From positions 37,946,001 to 38,010,000 of the forward strand of contig NC_087437.1 in NCBI RefSeq assembly GCF_036321535.1: DNA of 64,000 nucleotides, given 5' to 3'. The translations under genes and the position numbers were made by a program. The notes under the pieces are model-generated. The model had not been told where the DNA came from. It did not search any database and worked only from the letters and a program-made list of their open reading frames with translations. Below are positions 1-12,845 of this stretch, piece by piece. The stretch is from Camelus dromedarius (taxonomy: Eukaryota). Numbering within the stretch: position 1 is the first letter of the stretch; each line of letters opens with the position of its first letter.

Positions 1-454
1 ATGAGTCAAGTATGGCAAAAGTAATGGGCTATCACTACAGAGATGAGGTTACAAAAAAATGGTGACTTCCATCTTGAGTTTTGTCATGATTTTGGAAACT
101 AGCTGCCATGTTGTGAGTTGCTCTGTGGAGGAGCTCATGTGGCAAGGAACTGAGGGGGGCCTCTGGCCAACAGCCAGTGAGGAACTGAGGCTGTTGTCCA
201 ATAGCCTGTGAGGAACTGAATCCTGACATTTGCATAATCTTGAAAACCCATCATCTCCCAGTCAAGCCATCAGGTGACACCACAGCCCTGGCTGACCCCT
301 TAATTATAGCCTTGTGAGAAACTTTGGAGCAGAGACACCTAGCTGAGGCACATCTAGATTCCTGCCCCAAAGAAACTATAAAGTAATAATTGCCTATTGT
401 CTTAAACCATTAACCTTGGGGTAATTTATTAAGTAGTAGTAGATAACTAATACA
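1..454 (+). mobile_element. MaLR LTR, MLT1E/MLT1F-like (may extend left of the window)
   Basis: Typical MLT1 motifs: gccatgttgtgag...catgtggcaaggaactgagg...ggccaacagccagtgaggaactgagg, with 3' end ggggtaatttatt...agataactaataca. Confidence 0.88.
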
Positions 455-634
455 GGAATAGGAGAAATAACTGAAAATGTCTGGCAATCTGGCAAAATCA
501 GCAGGTATCCATCAGGGCTGTTGTTCCATTTCTGTGTCATCAGCTTGGTTTTCCCATACACTGTGATTTTTGTCCTCATGCTGGTAGCAAGAGGGCTGTG
601 GCTGCTGGATAGCTTAACTTCACTCATGTCTAGC

Positions 635-1090
635 TAGTGCAATCTAGGAAATAGAATGGAAGCCAGATACATAATTTCATAATTTCTAAACATCATGTTT
701 AAAAAAGTAAATAGAACCAGGTGAAATTCATTTTAATAATATATTTTATTTAGCCCAATATATTCAAATAGTCTTATTCCAATATTTAATCTACGTAAAT
801 AAATCATCTGAGATATTTTACATTCCCTTTCTCATGCCAAAACTTAGTAATCTAATTTGTATTGAAGATCTCAATTTAGACACCAAATTTTCATCAGAAG
901 CATTTGATGTATATATAGTTCATGAAATGTATAGCTGAGAAAGTTTTTTCAGCTATACTTAAAAGTTTTCCAATCATAAAAGTATCAGTTTTTAAATTAA
1001 AACAAGAATTAATTTTTAAAATTTTATTTCTTAGTTGTACTAGCCACATTTAAAATACTCAAAGCCTCTTGTACCATATCGGACAGCCTG
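635..1090. mobile_element. hAT-Charlie non-autonomous element (Charlie1a/MER33-like)
   Basis: aaaaaagtaaatagaaccaggtgaaattcattttaataatatattttatttagcccaatatatt and terminal ctagccacattt...taccatatcggacagcctg resemble MER33/Charlie1 ends. Confidence 0.8.
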
Positions 1091-2787
1091 ACTCGAGATA
1101 TTTCTCCTGAGACAGAGCTTTTCTTTTTCTTCATCTACCAGTAATTTCCCTTTGTGATTTTTGGGCTAATTTGTGTCTTATATTCTTTTCTAATCCAATC
1201 TTTATAAAGAGGAACTTTATAAAGTTGTTCTGAACGCTCTCTATAGATTAGACTTACCTAGAGAGTTTTAATTTTTGATGCCTGCATTCCATCCTTACAT
1301 TCAGAAGTCCTGATGTACCTGATTGGTGCTGAGTCCCAAAGTGGTATTTTCTAAGATCTTCCAAGGGAAGAAGGATTAAAAATATAGGAGGTCTGTGTTC
1401 CTACCTACCAATTAAAACATAATCTCTGGAATGAACCCTAGGATTGCTATTTGGACAAACAAACAAGCAAAAAATCAGATGAGTCTAATGCCAAGTCAAG
1501 AAAGAGAATAAATAACTGCTAAGAATCAAAGCCTTGTCCTGAAGATGGTGCTTGGAGTAGATTGCCCTGACACCACTAGAGCTTCATGAACTGAAAAGAT
1601 GGTTATCAGGGACAGAAGATGCAGTTCTGCTAGAAAGGAGAAATGCATTCTGTGTAACCAGGTAACCAACATGTCCATTATACTTGCCAGGTTTTCTTTC
1701 TAATTCTAAAATTTATCTTTGGTCTCTATTACTGCTTTTATGCTGCCAGACCCCTTAAATGTTGGTGATCTTGTGGCCTCGGTTTGCTATCAGCTTCTTT
1801 TATGACTGACTGTGCGTTTTGCTCTTCCCTGTGTTGACTACCATCTATAGTCTGATGACTCTTGGCTCTACTTCTTTGCCTCCTAAATTTCAGGCGATCA
1901 TTTGAAAATGCCCGATTCAGTATATCTTGACTGCCAGACTTGTTTTTTCACATGAACTTTTGATATTCAGTATAAATCAGAAATTTCTATTGCTTTTGTG
2001 CTATTGTAGGTAGTATATGTTGTAACAATAATTTGTATCTAACAGTACTGTTACAATTTTCAGCTATGCAAAGAATGACTTGTTTTTTTTTTTAAGTTCA
2101 GAGCTATAAAATTTACTCCTGACTACACTGTTGTAATTTTAATGTGCTTAAAATGATAAATATAATATCACAATAACTGAAGCCTAAAAAGTTTTAGGAA
2201 AAGTGGGATTTTTCTTTTTGATGTGCTGGAATCTAGTTGTTGTTGTTAATTTTCAAGAGTCACTGGTGAAACTGCTAATGCCACAAGCGCAGCTTTGCCA
2301 CCTTTATTTGCCTTTCCTCTAGCCTCTCTTTAGTAGTTCCCATCAGGGCAGAAGGACTTCTAAGGAATTTGTTAGAGAAAGATGCTTATCTTTTATCTCA
2401 GAGGAACAGGCAGAAAATCTACACTTAATTATGTTAGAATGTATTTGAAAGCATGACCAACATACATTTTCCAGAATGAGAACAGTTATTCTCAAGTCAG
2501 TAGGTTATTTGAGGAACATTGCATAAGATAGCTCTGTCTGAAAGTTATTTAGTGTCCTTTACCCATTACTTTTATTTGTAGAATCCTATCCTAATGAAAT
2601 ATGTAAAAGTATAGTGAAACTATACCCAAAGATGTTAAGAATAGTCATTATATTGAGACTTTAGAAACATCCACATTTCTATCAATAAAGCCTGTTTAGG
2701 TAAGATGGATCATTACACATTTTTAAACTTATGTTTATTAAAAATTTTAAATATAAGGAGCTAAATCTTTGTTACTTTCTTAAGTGA

Positions 2788-3195
2788 AAAAATTCCCAAT
2801 AGAAATAGAAATTCTAAAATTTGTATGGAACCACAAAAGACCTCAAATAGCCAAAGCAATCTTGAGAAAGAACAAAACTGGAGAGAAGGTGGATAAAAAG
2901 GTATATATTCTTTCATCTACAAGACGAGCAGTATCTGAGGATGTACTGTAGACGTGGTGACTCTAGTTGACACTGTATTGTTTAATTGAAATTCGGTAAG
3001 AGGGTAGAACTTAAATATTCTTGTTAAAAAAGATAAAGATATGAGGTGATGGATATGAAAATTAATTAGATGGGGGAAATCTTGAAAATGTACATGTATG
3101 TCAAATCATCATCGAGATATACACTTTAAATATCTTAAATTTTATATGTTAGTTATACTTCAGTAAAGTTGAATTTTTTTAAATGTTAAAAAAAG
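2788..3195 (+). mobile_element. L1 fragment: short ORF2 piece fused to an L1MA9-like 3' UTR
   Basis: 2811-2882 translates ILKFVWNHKRPQIAKAILRKNKTG (L1 ORF2). It is followed directly by 3' UTR motifs gtatgtcaaatcatca...acactttaaatatctt...cttcagtaaagttgaa. Confidence 0.8.
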
Positions 3196-3374
3196 TACTT
3201 AACCAAGCATAAGTATGAGAATTCAGTCACTAGAATTGACCCCAGATGCACTATTGAAGAATGCTGTCCCATCCTTCTTCCTATCTTCTTGATGCCACAT
3301 TCATTCAGGCAGATGCACTAGTGTTACCATTACCGCTTTCAATGTGCCTTTTCATACACTTCATTACTCTTTAT

Positions 3375-3600
3375 AATTCATTGCCTTCATAATCAACAAG
3401 TATTTGTTGATCACCTACTATGCAAAATTTACTGGGCACATGAGCTGGGGTTACAGAATTGAAGAAATAATAATTGTACTGAAAAAAGAAGGGTAATAAT
3501 TATAATAACTACCATGTATTGAATTCTGATATATAATGTATCTTAAAACATTATCTCATTTAATCCTCACAACAATCCCAATTTTCAGAAGACAGAAACA
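3375..3600 (-). mobile_element. L2 3' tail followed by a MIR fragment
   Basis: tcaacaagtatttgttgatcacctactatgc (L2 tail); ttatctcatttaatcctcacaacaatccc...attttcagaagacagaaac (MIR core). Confidence 0.65.
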
Positions 3601-3629
3601 CTTAGAAAAACTAAAAACTAAGAATGAAC

Positions 3630-3915
3630 ATAAATTTTGTCAAAGATGTGAACTGTAACATTTATCCACAGCTAGCAGAGATGCAAAATGGTAGAGTCCA
3701 TTTAGAAAACAGGTTGGCAGTTGCTTTAGAAGTGGAATCATATAGCTCTCATATGTCCCATTCATTCAACATCCATGTATTTATAATGGGAAAAGAAAAC
3801 ACAAATACTTATACAAATGTTCACAGTAGCTTTATTTATAATTGCTCTCAACTGGAAATAACTCAAATATCGAAAAAAGAAAATTGTGAAACATACAGAA
3901 GATGAATTATTATAA
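3630..3915 (+). mobile_element. Old L1 (L1ME/MC-like) ORF2-end fragment
   Basis: gcaaaatggtagagtccatttagaaaacaggttggcagtt...atacaaatgttcacagtagctttatttataattgc...aactggaaataactcaaat. Confidence 0.7.
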
Positions 3916-6329
3916 AATACTAAATTTTTTGGAGAATTTTAAAAATAGGTGAAAACTTTCATTTTACTAAGTGAAAATATTTCTTTACTACGTTGCAAAA
4001 TTAAGTTAACCCTGCTTAATTGGCTCTAAAACTTCAGTTTCTGCTAGGATTTAAAGAAGTTGTATAAAGACTCATCCAGAATGTCCGCCAGAATTTCTGA
4101 TCATTATTTTGAGGTGTGAGAGAAAAGGTTAAAAAAAAAAAAAAAAAAGATAGACCTGGAAGAAGGAGGTGGACTTGCTTCTTGCTGCCTCTACTAAAGA
4201 ATTCCTATTTCTTTGGAATTACCTTCTCACTGCCTATGCAGTGCGTGGAATGGAACAACCAGTTATAATATGAATACACAAAACGAAACCAAAATACGAT
4301 GTAAAATGAATGGTAACGGCAAGTATTTCGGGAGAGAGAGAGAGAGATTTTCTTTGAGAAATGTTAACAACATAAGAGGGAAGGAAGTTTGTAGATCAGG
4401 TTTGATGGGGATATATATGGACCTCCATACCTACTGGCTGGACATACAGTTCTTCATGGGGTGACTGAGAATTAAGATGTCAAATATAGGTTAGTGCCAC
4501 AAACTGGAAAGCCCTGAGTTCAGACACATAAATATAGAAGTATCATTGAAAGATTTGCAGTATTGAAACAGAGTTTCATGACTATATATACCTGGAACTT
4601 TACATGAAATTGTTAGAATAGAATCTTCTGTTAACCAGTGACAATGGAGTAAAAGGAATAAAGTCAATAGAACTAGTCAATTAATTGTTAGAGAAAGCTT
4701 AAAAGTATGGAGAAGAATAAAGTTACAAAATCATCTCCTTGTGTGATTGCTGTTTTCCAAAGGTATAAACTCAGGAGTAAATAGTTTTGGAGCGAAAGGC
4801 TGGCATGCAGTTACTGACCTAATTAAAGACTTTTCATCGGAGCTTTGTGCTTTCTTCTGTGTTAGTAAGTTCTTGGAGGACAGAACAAGGGAAAAAGTGC
4901 ATCATCTTAATAACGGTAATTTTTTCAAGGTCAAGTAACCAGGCTACAGTCATTTAAAGTTTAATATTTTTTTGAAACAATAATATACAGTTTAATTTGA
5001 GTACTTTTATAGTACTTGCTTATTTTGAAATCCGTGGTGAGTGTTAATATTTTCTTTATTTTTATTATTTTGAAAATAATACAAAAAATATCATTTTTAA
5101 GAAATGAAAATGCTGCAAAAGAAATAACTATTTGAAGTAAAATAGTAAATTTGTCCTTAAAACCTATATACATGTATAGGTATGTTTACCTAGTAATTTT
5201 AAAAAATAAGAAAAGATTTCAAATTGAAATATTTTGCATAAGTAACAACTATAGTTGTATATATGTTAAATATTTAGTATATACAGAACTCAACTGCAGT
5301 TTTGAAGACCCTTTTTCTTCTCACTCTTCTAGGTGTTTGAGGTCTCTGTAGATTAATACTATTAATTGTAATAGCAGTGTTTATCTAACAGTCTTTCTCA
5401 GTTCATTACCAAATATGAAGCCTTACTGAAAACCCTCTAAGAGCCAGCACAATCAAGAAGAGGGGAGAGTGATTAAGGGCAGAAATTATATGAAGCAGCA
5501 TCACAGAAATTCTACATTCTCTCCTGTGAGGAGTTTCACTTGATTCTGTTCCTCCACGAAACAGAATTCAGGGGATTCTCAGCAGTTTTAATGTATTAGA
5601 CTTTGGAAAATATTTGTTCTTTTATTTCTGAATCATTAAAAGGTAAAAAATCCTTTTATATTAAAATCAGTGATTTATATCTATTTATTTTCTATTTATA
5701 ATGATATTTCAATTAGCACTGTTTTAGCACTCTTGAATTATATACTAACTTGTACCTGTGTGTATTTATACATTGTTTTATGTCTTCATGACTGAAGATT
5801 TTGTAATAGTGTTATTCAGAAGTCTTTACTGTGAACCAAAGTGTTAAAAAGACGTTTGTGTTTTTTAATAGGAAAAAAAGAGTTAATACAAAGCAAACTG
5901 TGAGAAAGATAGGAAGTAAATCCTTGTCCCCTATACCGATCTTTGTCAAGCATAGTCACCTCCTTTTTTCTGACTCACTTGTGAAGCTTCTGTCAGCACT
6001 CCCTCTTCTCCCTCTCAGAGTCTGTGTTGTCTGTAGAGCCACAAACTCTGTAGGTCACCAGATTAACTATTTTCATTTTCCACTGCATCATCTGTCTCCT
6101 TGTTGACTGTCCTAAAATAACATGAAGAGCCCACTTGATGTTCATTTTTAGGCGTGAAATGATTGTAAACCTTTTCCCTTTTTCGGTGTTTTATAGTGTT
6201 TCAAGAAACATGTTCCTTAATTATATTTGAACAAAACAGCAATGGAAAATGGATTTGAACAACACGTGGAAATAATATTTGAATGAAAATCTGGGAATAA
6301 CATGTGGATAATTTCTAATATACTTATTT

Positions 6330-6560
6330 AACAACAGATAGTGCTCACTATGGACAGTAGGCAAGTTCTTAATGGTCTACAGGTATTAAATCCTTACAGC
6401 GACCTTCTCGGGTAGATGTTGATACTATTCACATTTTTCTGACAAAATTGAGACACAGAGGTATTAAATAATTTTCTCAAGGTCATACATCCAGTGTGTG
6501 ACCATGCTAGGGTTTAAGTCCGCACAATTTGAGCCCAGATTTCCTATGCTGTGCTGCCTC
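6330..6560 (-). mobile_element. MIR SINE
   Basis: aaattgagacacagaggtattaaataattttctcaaggtcatacatccagtg matches the MIR core in reverse orientation. Confidence 0.75.
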
Positions 6561-6589
6561 TTCCGTGAAGTGCCTTCCATTCTTCTTCA

Positions 6590-7405
6590 GTTAGTGTTTT
6601 CATAAAAATTAGCAGATTAAGGAAAAACACTCCTTTGCTTCTGTCGCCGAATGATTGGCCCCCGTCCCTGAAGAGCCAAATAACCTAGAGACAAGGTCTT
6701 GGAGCTTAGAAGAAAAGAGGCAGCTTTATTGCTTTGCCAGGCAAAGGGGACTGACAGCAGGCTGGTGCCTTCACAACTGTGAACCCAGCTTGGGGATGGG
6801 GTGGGGTGATTATATGGCCATAGCTCAAACAACAAAGCATTGATAACAATCAACATTCTCATAAGACTCAGAGTGGCATCATGGTGTCTCCAGATGACCA
6901 AGTCTATAAAGGCTAGTGGTTGTCGCTTTTTCCATCTCTTTATCTTATAAGCACCCAAGGCATGGTCTTCTTGGTAATTCAGGTTATTTTGTAAGGTTAC
7001 AGTCCTATGACCTTCTCCTTGGAGGATGACTCAGAGACCAAGCTTGATTATTACTTTCGATTACTGGAATAAAGTAGAAACAGTAAGATCAATAGCTTTA
7101 GTTTTAACAGTGGGCCTGGAGCTGTGGGTAGCAACTGGTAGGTCAGGTTTGTTGACCACTCTAAGGACAAGCATAAGAATAAGCAACTGTTGGCCTGAGT
7201 TCTGCCGTTTTATTAATTCTCTTTCACTTCTTCTATGATACTCACAACAGAATACTTCTGTGACCAGATGGTTGGGTTTTATACACATCAAGCAATTTTG
7301 TGACACGAGCTGTATGCTCTACAATTTAACTCAATTCTGGCACTGTCTACCTGAATAGAGCACCAGATTCCACAGGTTCAGAGCTCAGTCTCACAAAATT
7401 GCCCT
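6590..7405 (-). mobile_element. MER21-like LTR fragment, split by the solo LTR at 6642-7226
   Basis: ggaaaaacactcc on the left continues on the right as cagaatacttctgtgaccagatg...caattctggcactgtctacctg...cagattccacaggttcagagctcagtctcacaa. Confidence 0.7.
6642..7226 (-). mobile_element. ERV1-class solo LTR, 585 bp
   Basis: TG...CA termini and a perfect 4-bp TSD CTTC (6638-6641 and 7227-7230). The minus strand begins TGAAAG, has a TATA-like ATATAA near 6810 and AATAAA at 6725-6730. Confidence 0.85.
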
Positions 7406-7409
7406 TTCC

Positions 7410-10400
7410 TTTCTTTTGCTTACTACTGGTTTCTCTTGATTTATTTTTTTAAGGATTCTTCAGGTGGAAGCTGAGATCATTGATTTGAGATCTTTCTTTT
7501 TAATATAGTCACTTAAATTTATAAAGTTTTCCTCTGCCCACTGCTTCAACTATATCCTACAAATAATTGACATTTTGTCTTGTGCTATTATCTCAGTTAA
7601 AATACTTTCTAGTTTCCCCTTTCATTAGTTCTTTGACACAAGTGTTTTTTTCAGAGTGTATTTATTTCCCAAATATTTATACGTACTCCATATATCCTAC
7701 TGTTACTGCCTTGCTTAATTCTGTTGTGATTAGAGAACTACATTTGTATGAAATTCATTGAAAATCATTGAAAAAATTTTAATGGCCCTAGAATGCTCTA
7801 TTTTGGTAAATGCTCTGTGTACTTGAACAGACTGTGTATACTTCAGTTTTTACATGGAGTGTTACGTGAAGCTCAATTAGGTGGAAATGGTTGATAATAC
7901 TGTTCAAGTCTTCCATATCCCTTTCTGTTTACTTTCCTTACTCATTAATGAGAGAGGTGCTGTAATATCTGATGATAACTGGAAATTTGTGTATTTTCTT
8001 CCCAGTTTTTTTCTTTGTTTTACTTCAAGCATTTTCAAACTCTCTTATTACGGACATAAGTGTTTAGAATTGCCATGTAATCCTGACAAGTGGGACACTT
8101 CATTGCTTCAGATAACTCTCTTTATGCCATTCAATATCCTGTGTTCAGAAATATATTGTGTTTATATTAATAGAGCACTCCAGCTTTCTTCTGATATAGT
8201 TTATCCTTTTCTATTTTTATACTCTTCATCTATTTGTGTCTTCATATTTCATGTAGATTTTTTTTACAGATAGAATATAATTGGTTTTTTACTTTCTTAT
8301 CCAGTCTGACAATCTATGTGTTTTAATTATGTCTATTTTCTGTTTGTCTTGTTGGGGTTTTTTGAGTTGCAAGAAAACTCTACATCACTTTATTTCAAGC
8401 TTTATCCAGAAATGTAAAACATGTTAAAAGTGTGTAGCCCTGAGCTTCAGATGAATACCTCCAACCTTATAAGCCAGTGGGGAGAGACAGGGTCAATCTG
8501 ATAACCTGTACCTTTTAATTTAAAAGTTTATATTATTATATGTTACTATGATTATTGATATGTTTTTGTCCAAATTTACTATATTGTTATTTGCTTTCTA
8601 TTTGACCCACCTTTCTCTTATTTTTTCCTTCTTTTTGTGCCTTCCTTTGGATTAACTGTGTATTTTTTGTGATTTTTCTCTCCTGGTCTTTGTGCTACTG
8701 TTGTCATACATTTTAATTCTACATATGGCCACAACACATTGTTATTATTTTTAGTTTAGACAGTAAATTATATTTTTAAAACAGCTTTATTGAGATATAA
8801 CTTACACAGTGTAAGATTCACCCATTTAAAGTTTATAATTCAGTATTTTTAGTGTATTTACAGAGTTACGCAACCATCACCATAATCAGAGACATTCTCA
8901 TCACCTTATAGAAAAACCTCATGCTTATTAGTGGTCATTTAACATTCCCTGCCCAAGCCTCGACGAGTGACCTTTTAAAGAGATTTAAATAATAATAATG
9001 AGAAGAAAAGTGTCTTTTATATTTACCATTTCTATTTACCACATGTAATTACCATTTCTAGTGTTTTTCATTCCTTTGTGAGGATGTGGACGTCCTGTAA
9101 CATTTTTTGCAAAATAATTCTGTTGATTTGAAATCTCTCTGCTTTTGTGTTTATGAAAATGTCTATTTCACTCTTGCTTTTGAAAGGTGTATTTCTGGGT
9201 ACAGTACTCTGTGTTAATAGGTTTATTTATTCAATTACTTTAAAATGAAGTAACTGTCTTCTGGCTTGCATTCTTTATGATGAGAAATCTGCTGTCATCC
9301 TTATCTTTGTTCCTCTTCTTGCATTGTATCTTCTTTCTCTTATGCTTTCAAGATTTTACCTTTGTCATTGATTTTGAGAAATTTTGTTATGTGCCTTCAT
9401 GTAGTTTGCTTCTTGTTTCTTGTGTTTGAATGTGTTTGAATCTGTGGCTTAACAGTTTTCATCACATTTGAAAAAAAATTTGACTATTATTTTTTTCAGT
9501 CCCTCCTTTTCCTCTCCTTTGAGGATTTCAGTTACACACATGTTTAACTACTTGATGTTGTCTCAAAGCATACTGACACTCTTGTTTTTGGCCATTTGTT
9601 TGTTCTGAGTGTTTTTCTCTCTGTTTAATTTCAGATAGTTTGTATTGCTAGATTCACAAACTTGCTAGTATTTTCTTCTGCATTGTCTAATCTACTAATT
9701 CCTCCCAGTGCGTACCTTAGACAATAGTATTTTTCACATCTAGAAGTTCCAGTTTTAAAATATGTATCTCTCATGTCTCCGTTTAACATATTTAGTCTTT
9801 CTACTAGCTTCTCAAACATATGAAATGAAGTTATAAAAATGATTAAAGTCTTTATGTACTAATTTTATCACCTTTCTGATTTCTGGGTTAGTGTGAAGTG
9901 ATCTATTTTTCTCTTAATTATAGATCTTATTTTCTGGTTCTTTTTATTCTCAGTCATTTTTGATTGGATGCTAGACATTTTGAATTTTAAGTGTTAAGTA
10001 TTTTTACATATCTATAAATGTTCTTTAGCTTTGTGATTGGACAAGGTTAAATTACTTGGGAAGTGCTTGTTCCTCTCAGGTCTTGCTTTGAAAGGTTGTG
10101 AGGTAGGATCAGCGCAGCTTTTAGTCTAGGGCTAATCCTGCTCACTCCCGTGGCAAGGCCTTTCTGAGTGCTCCACTCAGTGTCTATGAGTTATTAGGTT
10201 TCCCATTCCAGATGGTAGGAACAGGCTCTATGCTCAGCTAAATATCAGAGACGGCCTTCTGCAGATCTTGGGAACTCTCTCTATGGCAGCTCCCTACCTT
10301 CTGGTGATCTTTCCCAGGAGGTAACCGCTTGGCCTTCCTGGGCTCCCAGCTCTATCTCCTCAACTCAGAGAGATTACAGGCTTTTCCTGAATTATCCCTG

Positions 10401-10620
10401 CTTGCACACCGCTTGGAAACTGTCCCAAGGCAGTAAGCATTGAGGCATTTGTTGGACTCATTTTGTTTGTTTCTCATGTCTCAGTAGACCTCTGATGCCC
10501 AATGTCCAGTGTCCTGAAAACCACTGCTTCATATATTTTGTCTGTGTATGTGTTTTTTTTAAAGCTTGTTTTATGCATAAATTCAGTCATTATTCCATCT
10601 TGCGCAGAAACAGAAATCTC
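7410..10620 (-). mobile_element. Old L1 (L1MC/MD-like) ORF2-start, ORF1 and 5' region, interrupted by later insertions
   Basis: T-rich antisense L1 motifs: gaagctgagatcattgatttgagatcttt, tgatgagaaatctgctgtcatccttatctttgttcctct, tgcattgtctaatctactaattcctcccagtg. Confidence 0.8.
8773..8965 (-). mobile_element. L1MB-like 3' end nested in the older L1
   Basis: tttttaaaacagctttattgagatataacttacac...attcacccatttaaagt...caaccatcacc. Confidence 0.8.
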
Positions 10621-11824
10621 ACAATTTAGTTTATCAGCCAAAATACAGAGAAAAACAAAACAAAAAACAAACAAACAAAAAAAGCAGAAGACTATTTGTA
10701 TTGTTAAGAAGCTTAAAAATAGAAATCTTGAATTGTTTAGATAATTATGCCAATCTACTGTACACCCTTACATATAGTCATGAATTTAGTTCAGAGAAAC
10801 ATTTATCCTCAAAGGAATTATGTTAAAGTTTATCATAAAGCTTTGATTATAACCGTATCATGTCTTAACATTTAATCTTTAACCACTGTGTGATTCTATC
10901 CTCCTTCTTTCCACTATTATGTTGATTCCTCACAATTGACTTTTGTGAGAACTGGGTTCCAATACCTCTTTCCAACACAATCATGTCATTTTATATCCAC
11001 CTAGTTTTTCTCTCTCCCAGGTGATAACCTCTTACTTACTTTCACATTTCTCTGTGTTTTATCTATCATTTTCTCATGCTGCTTGTTCTTGAAGGCATAT
11101 TTTTGTTTAGTCTTGCCACTAACTCAACAGGAAGACTGAAAAAAAATCAATATATTTTCTCTGGAAATGCTGACCAATCACCTATTTTCAGAACAAAAGC
11201 TAAACAGTAGTGAGGATGAGAACACCTGCCTAGTTGGCTGAATCTGTCTTATGAACCCAGCAACCACAAGGAGGAGACAGTGATGCCAACTTGCCTTCAT
11301 TTTCTTGTTAGTGATAATTGAAGTGAGTAAAGGCAGATTATTTCTGAGATAACTAAATTATAAATAGGGTCGATTAAGAATTGTAGGAATTTGGAGAGTA
11401 TTTTGTTTGGCCTAATGTGGGTTAGATTATTCAAATTTCCCTTTAAGGACAGAACCAGGCCCTGTCAAAATAAAAGAAAACACAACCAAGGAGATCAGAA
11501 ATTGACTATGAGTTATTACCCAGAAGTGGCATGAAATGAATTAAACAAGAACTTTCATGACTAATATTAGCAACCAGAGAAGTGAAATTTATCATTAATT
11601 CAAAGGAATAAGGATAAAAGTAGAAGTAGGATTGAAAATTGAGCGCTTAAGGATTGTATCAATCCAAAAAAAAAAGTGATTTTATGTATTAAAAACAAAA
11701 TCTTATAAATGAGTCTAGAGACTCCTGGTGATATACATTGTATATGTGTGTGAGACACCATAACTCATTTGATCAAGTGTTGACTTTGTGGTGCTTGAGT
11801 GAACTGGTTGGCATTAAAAGCAAA

Positions 11825-12845
11825 AATCTTTGCAGAAAACCTGGCAGAATATACAAAAGTCACTATAGTTGCTAAGCGAGGTTAGCAGGATTACAGGATA
11901 GAAGATTAGCTGCTAAGTGAGGTAGGCAGGATTACAGCATGCAAGATTAGCATACAAAGATTAACTGCATATCCATATGCTAGCAACGAACAACGAGAAA
12001 TTTAAATTTAAAAATCAATACCATTTTTAATAGCATCCAAAAATAACTATTTAGAGATAAAACTGACAAAAGATATGTACAGTGAAAAGTACAATACATA
12101 ATACAGATAAATTAGAAAAAAAAACTAATTAATGGGATGGATGACTATTGTTAGTTGCCAGTTCTTTTCAAATTGATCTATATATTCAGGTTAATATCAA
12201 TCCAAACCCCAGAAAGCCTTTCTTGTAGAAATTGGCAAACTAATTCTAAAGTACTTCTGGAAACACAAAGGTCCTAGAAGAGCCAAAACAGCTTCGATTT
12301 TAAAAAAGAACAGAATTGGAAGATTAACACCACCTTTGTTTTGAGAATTATTATAAAGCTACTGTAATCAAAACAGTGTGGTGTTGGCATCAATATAGAC
12401 AAATAGATCAATGGAATAGAGTAAAGTCCAGAAACAGACTCACACATAAAGACAACTGATTTGAAAAAAAGGTGGATATAAAATCCTGTGGATTAATGAC
12501 AGTCTTTCCAAAATGTGGTGCTGGAACACTTGGATATCCTTATGCAAAAAATAAACTTCAATCCATATCTCATATTACAGGCCAATATATATAAATGAGT
12601 CATAGTATTAAATGTAAGAAGCAAAACTATCAAACTTCTAGAAGTAAGCACGAAAGAAAATCTATGTGAACTTGGGTTAGGCAAAGATTTCTTAGATACA
12701 ACACCAAAAACCTGATCTAAAGAAAAAAATAATCAGACTTTAACAAAAGTAAAAACTTTCTGCTTTTTGAAAGGCATTGTTAAGAGAATAAAAAATGACC
12801 CATAGACTAGAAGAAACTATTTGCAAAGCATGTATCTGCTGCAAT
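11825..12845 (+). mobile_element. L1 ORF2 fragment (RT to C-terminal region), decayed
   Basis: tataaagctactgtaatcaaaacagtgtggtgttggc...atagacaaatagatcaatggaatagag ([12 protein letters not shown]...IDQWNR), plus cttgggttaggcaaagatttcttagat. Confidence 0.9.

Noticed and set aside
6617..6958. 113-aa ORF over the ERV LTR
   Set aside because: It is almost entirely inside the LTR and has no gag, pol or env features.
7881..8273. Longest ORF in the track (130 aa)
   Set aside because: It lies antisense within a decayed L1, starts at GTG, has T-rich biased composition and resembles no protein I know.
11191..11322. AG...GTGAGT bounded exon-like segment
   Set aside because: It has stops in all three frames. 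A non-coding exon cannot be supported without transcript data.
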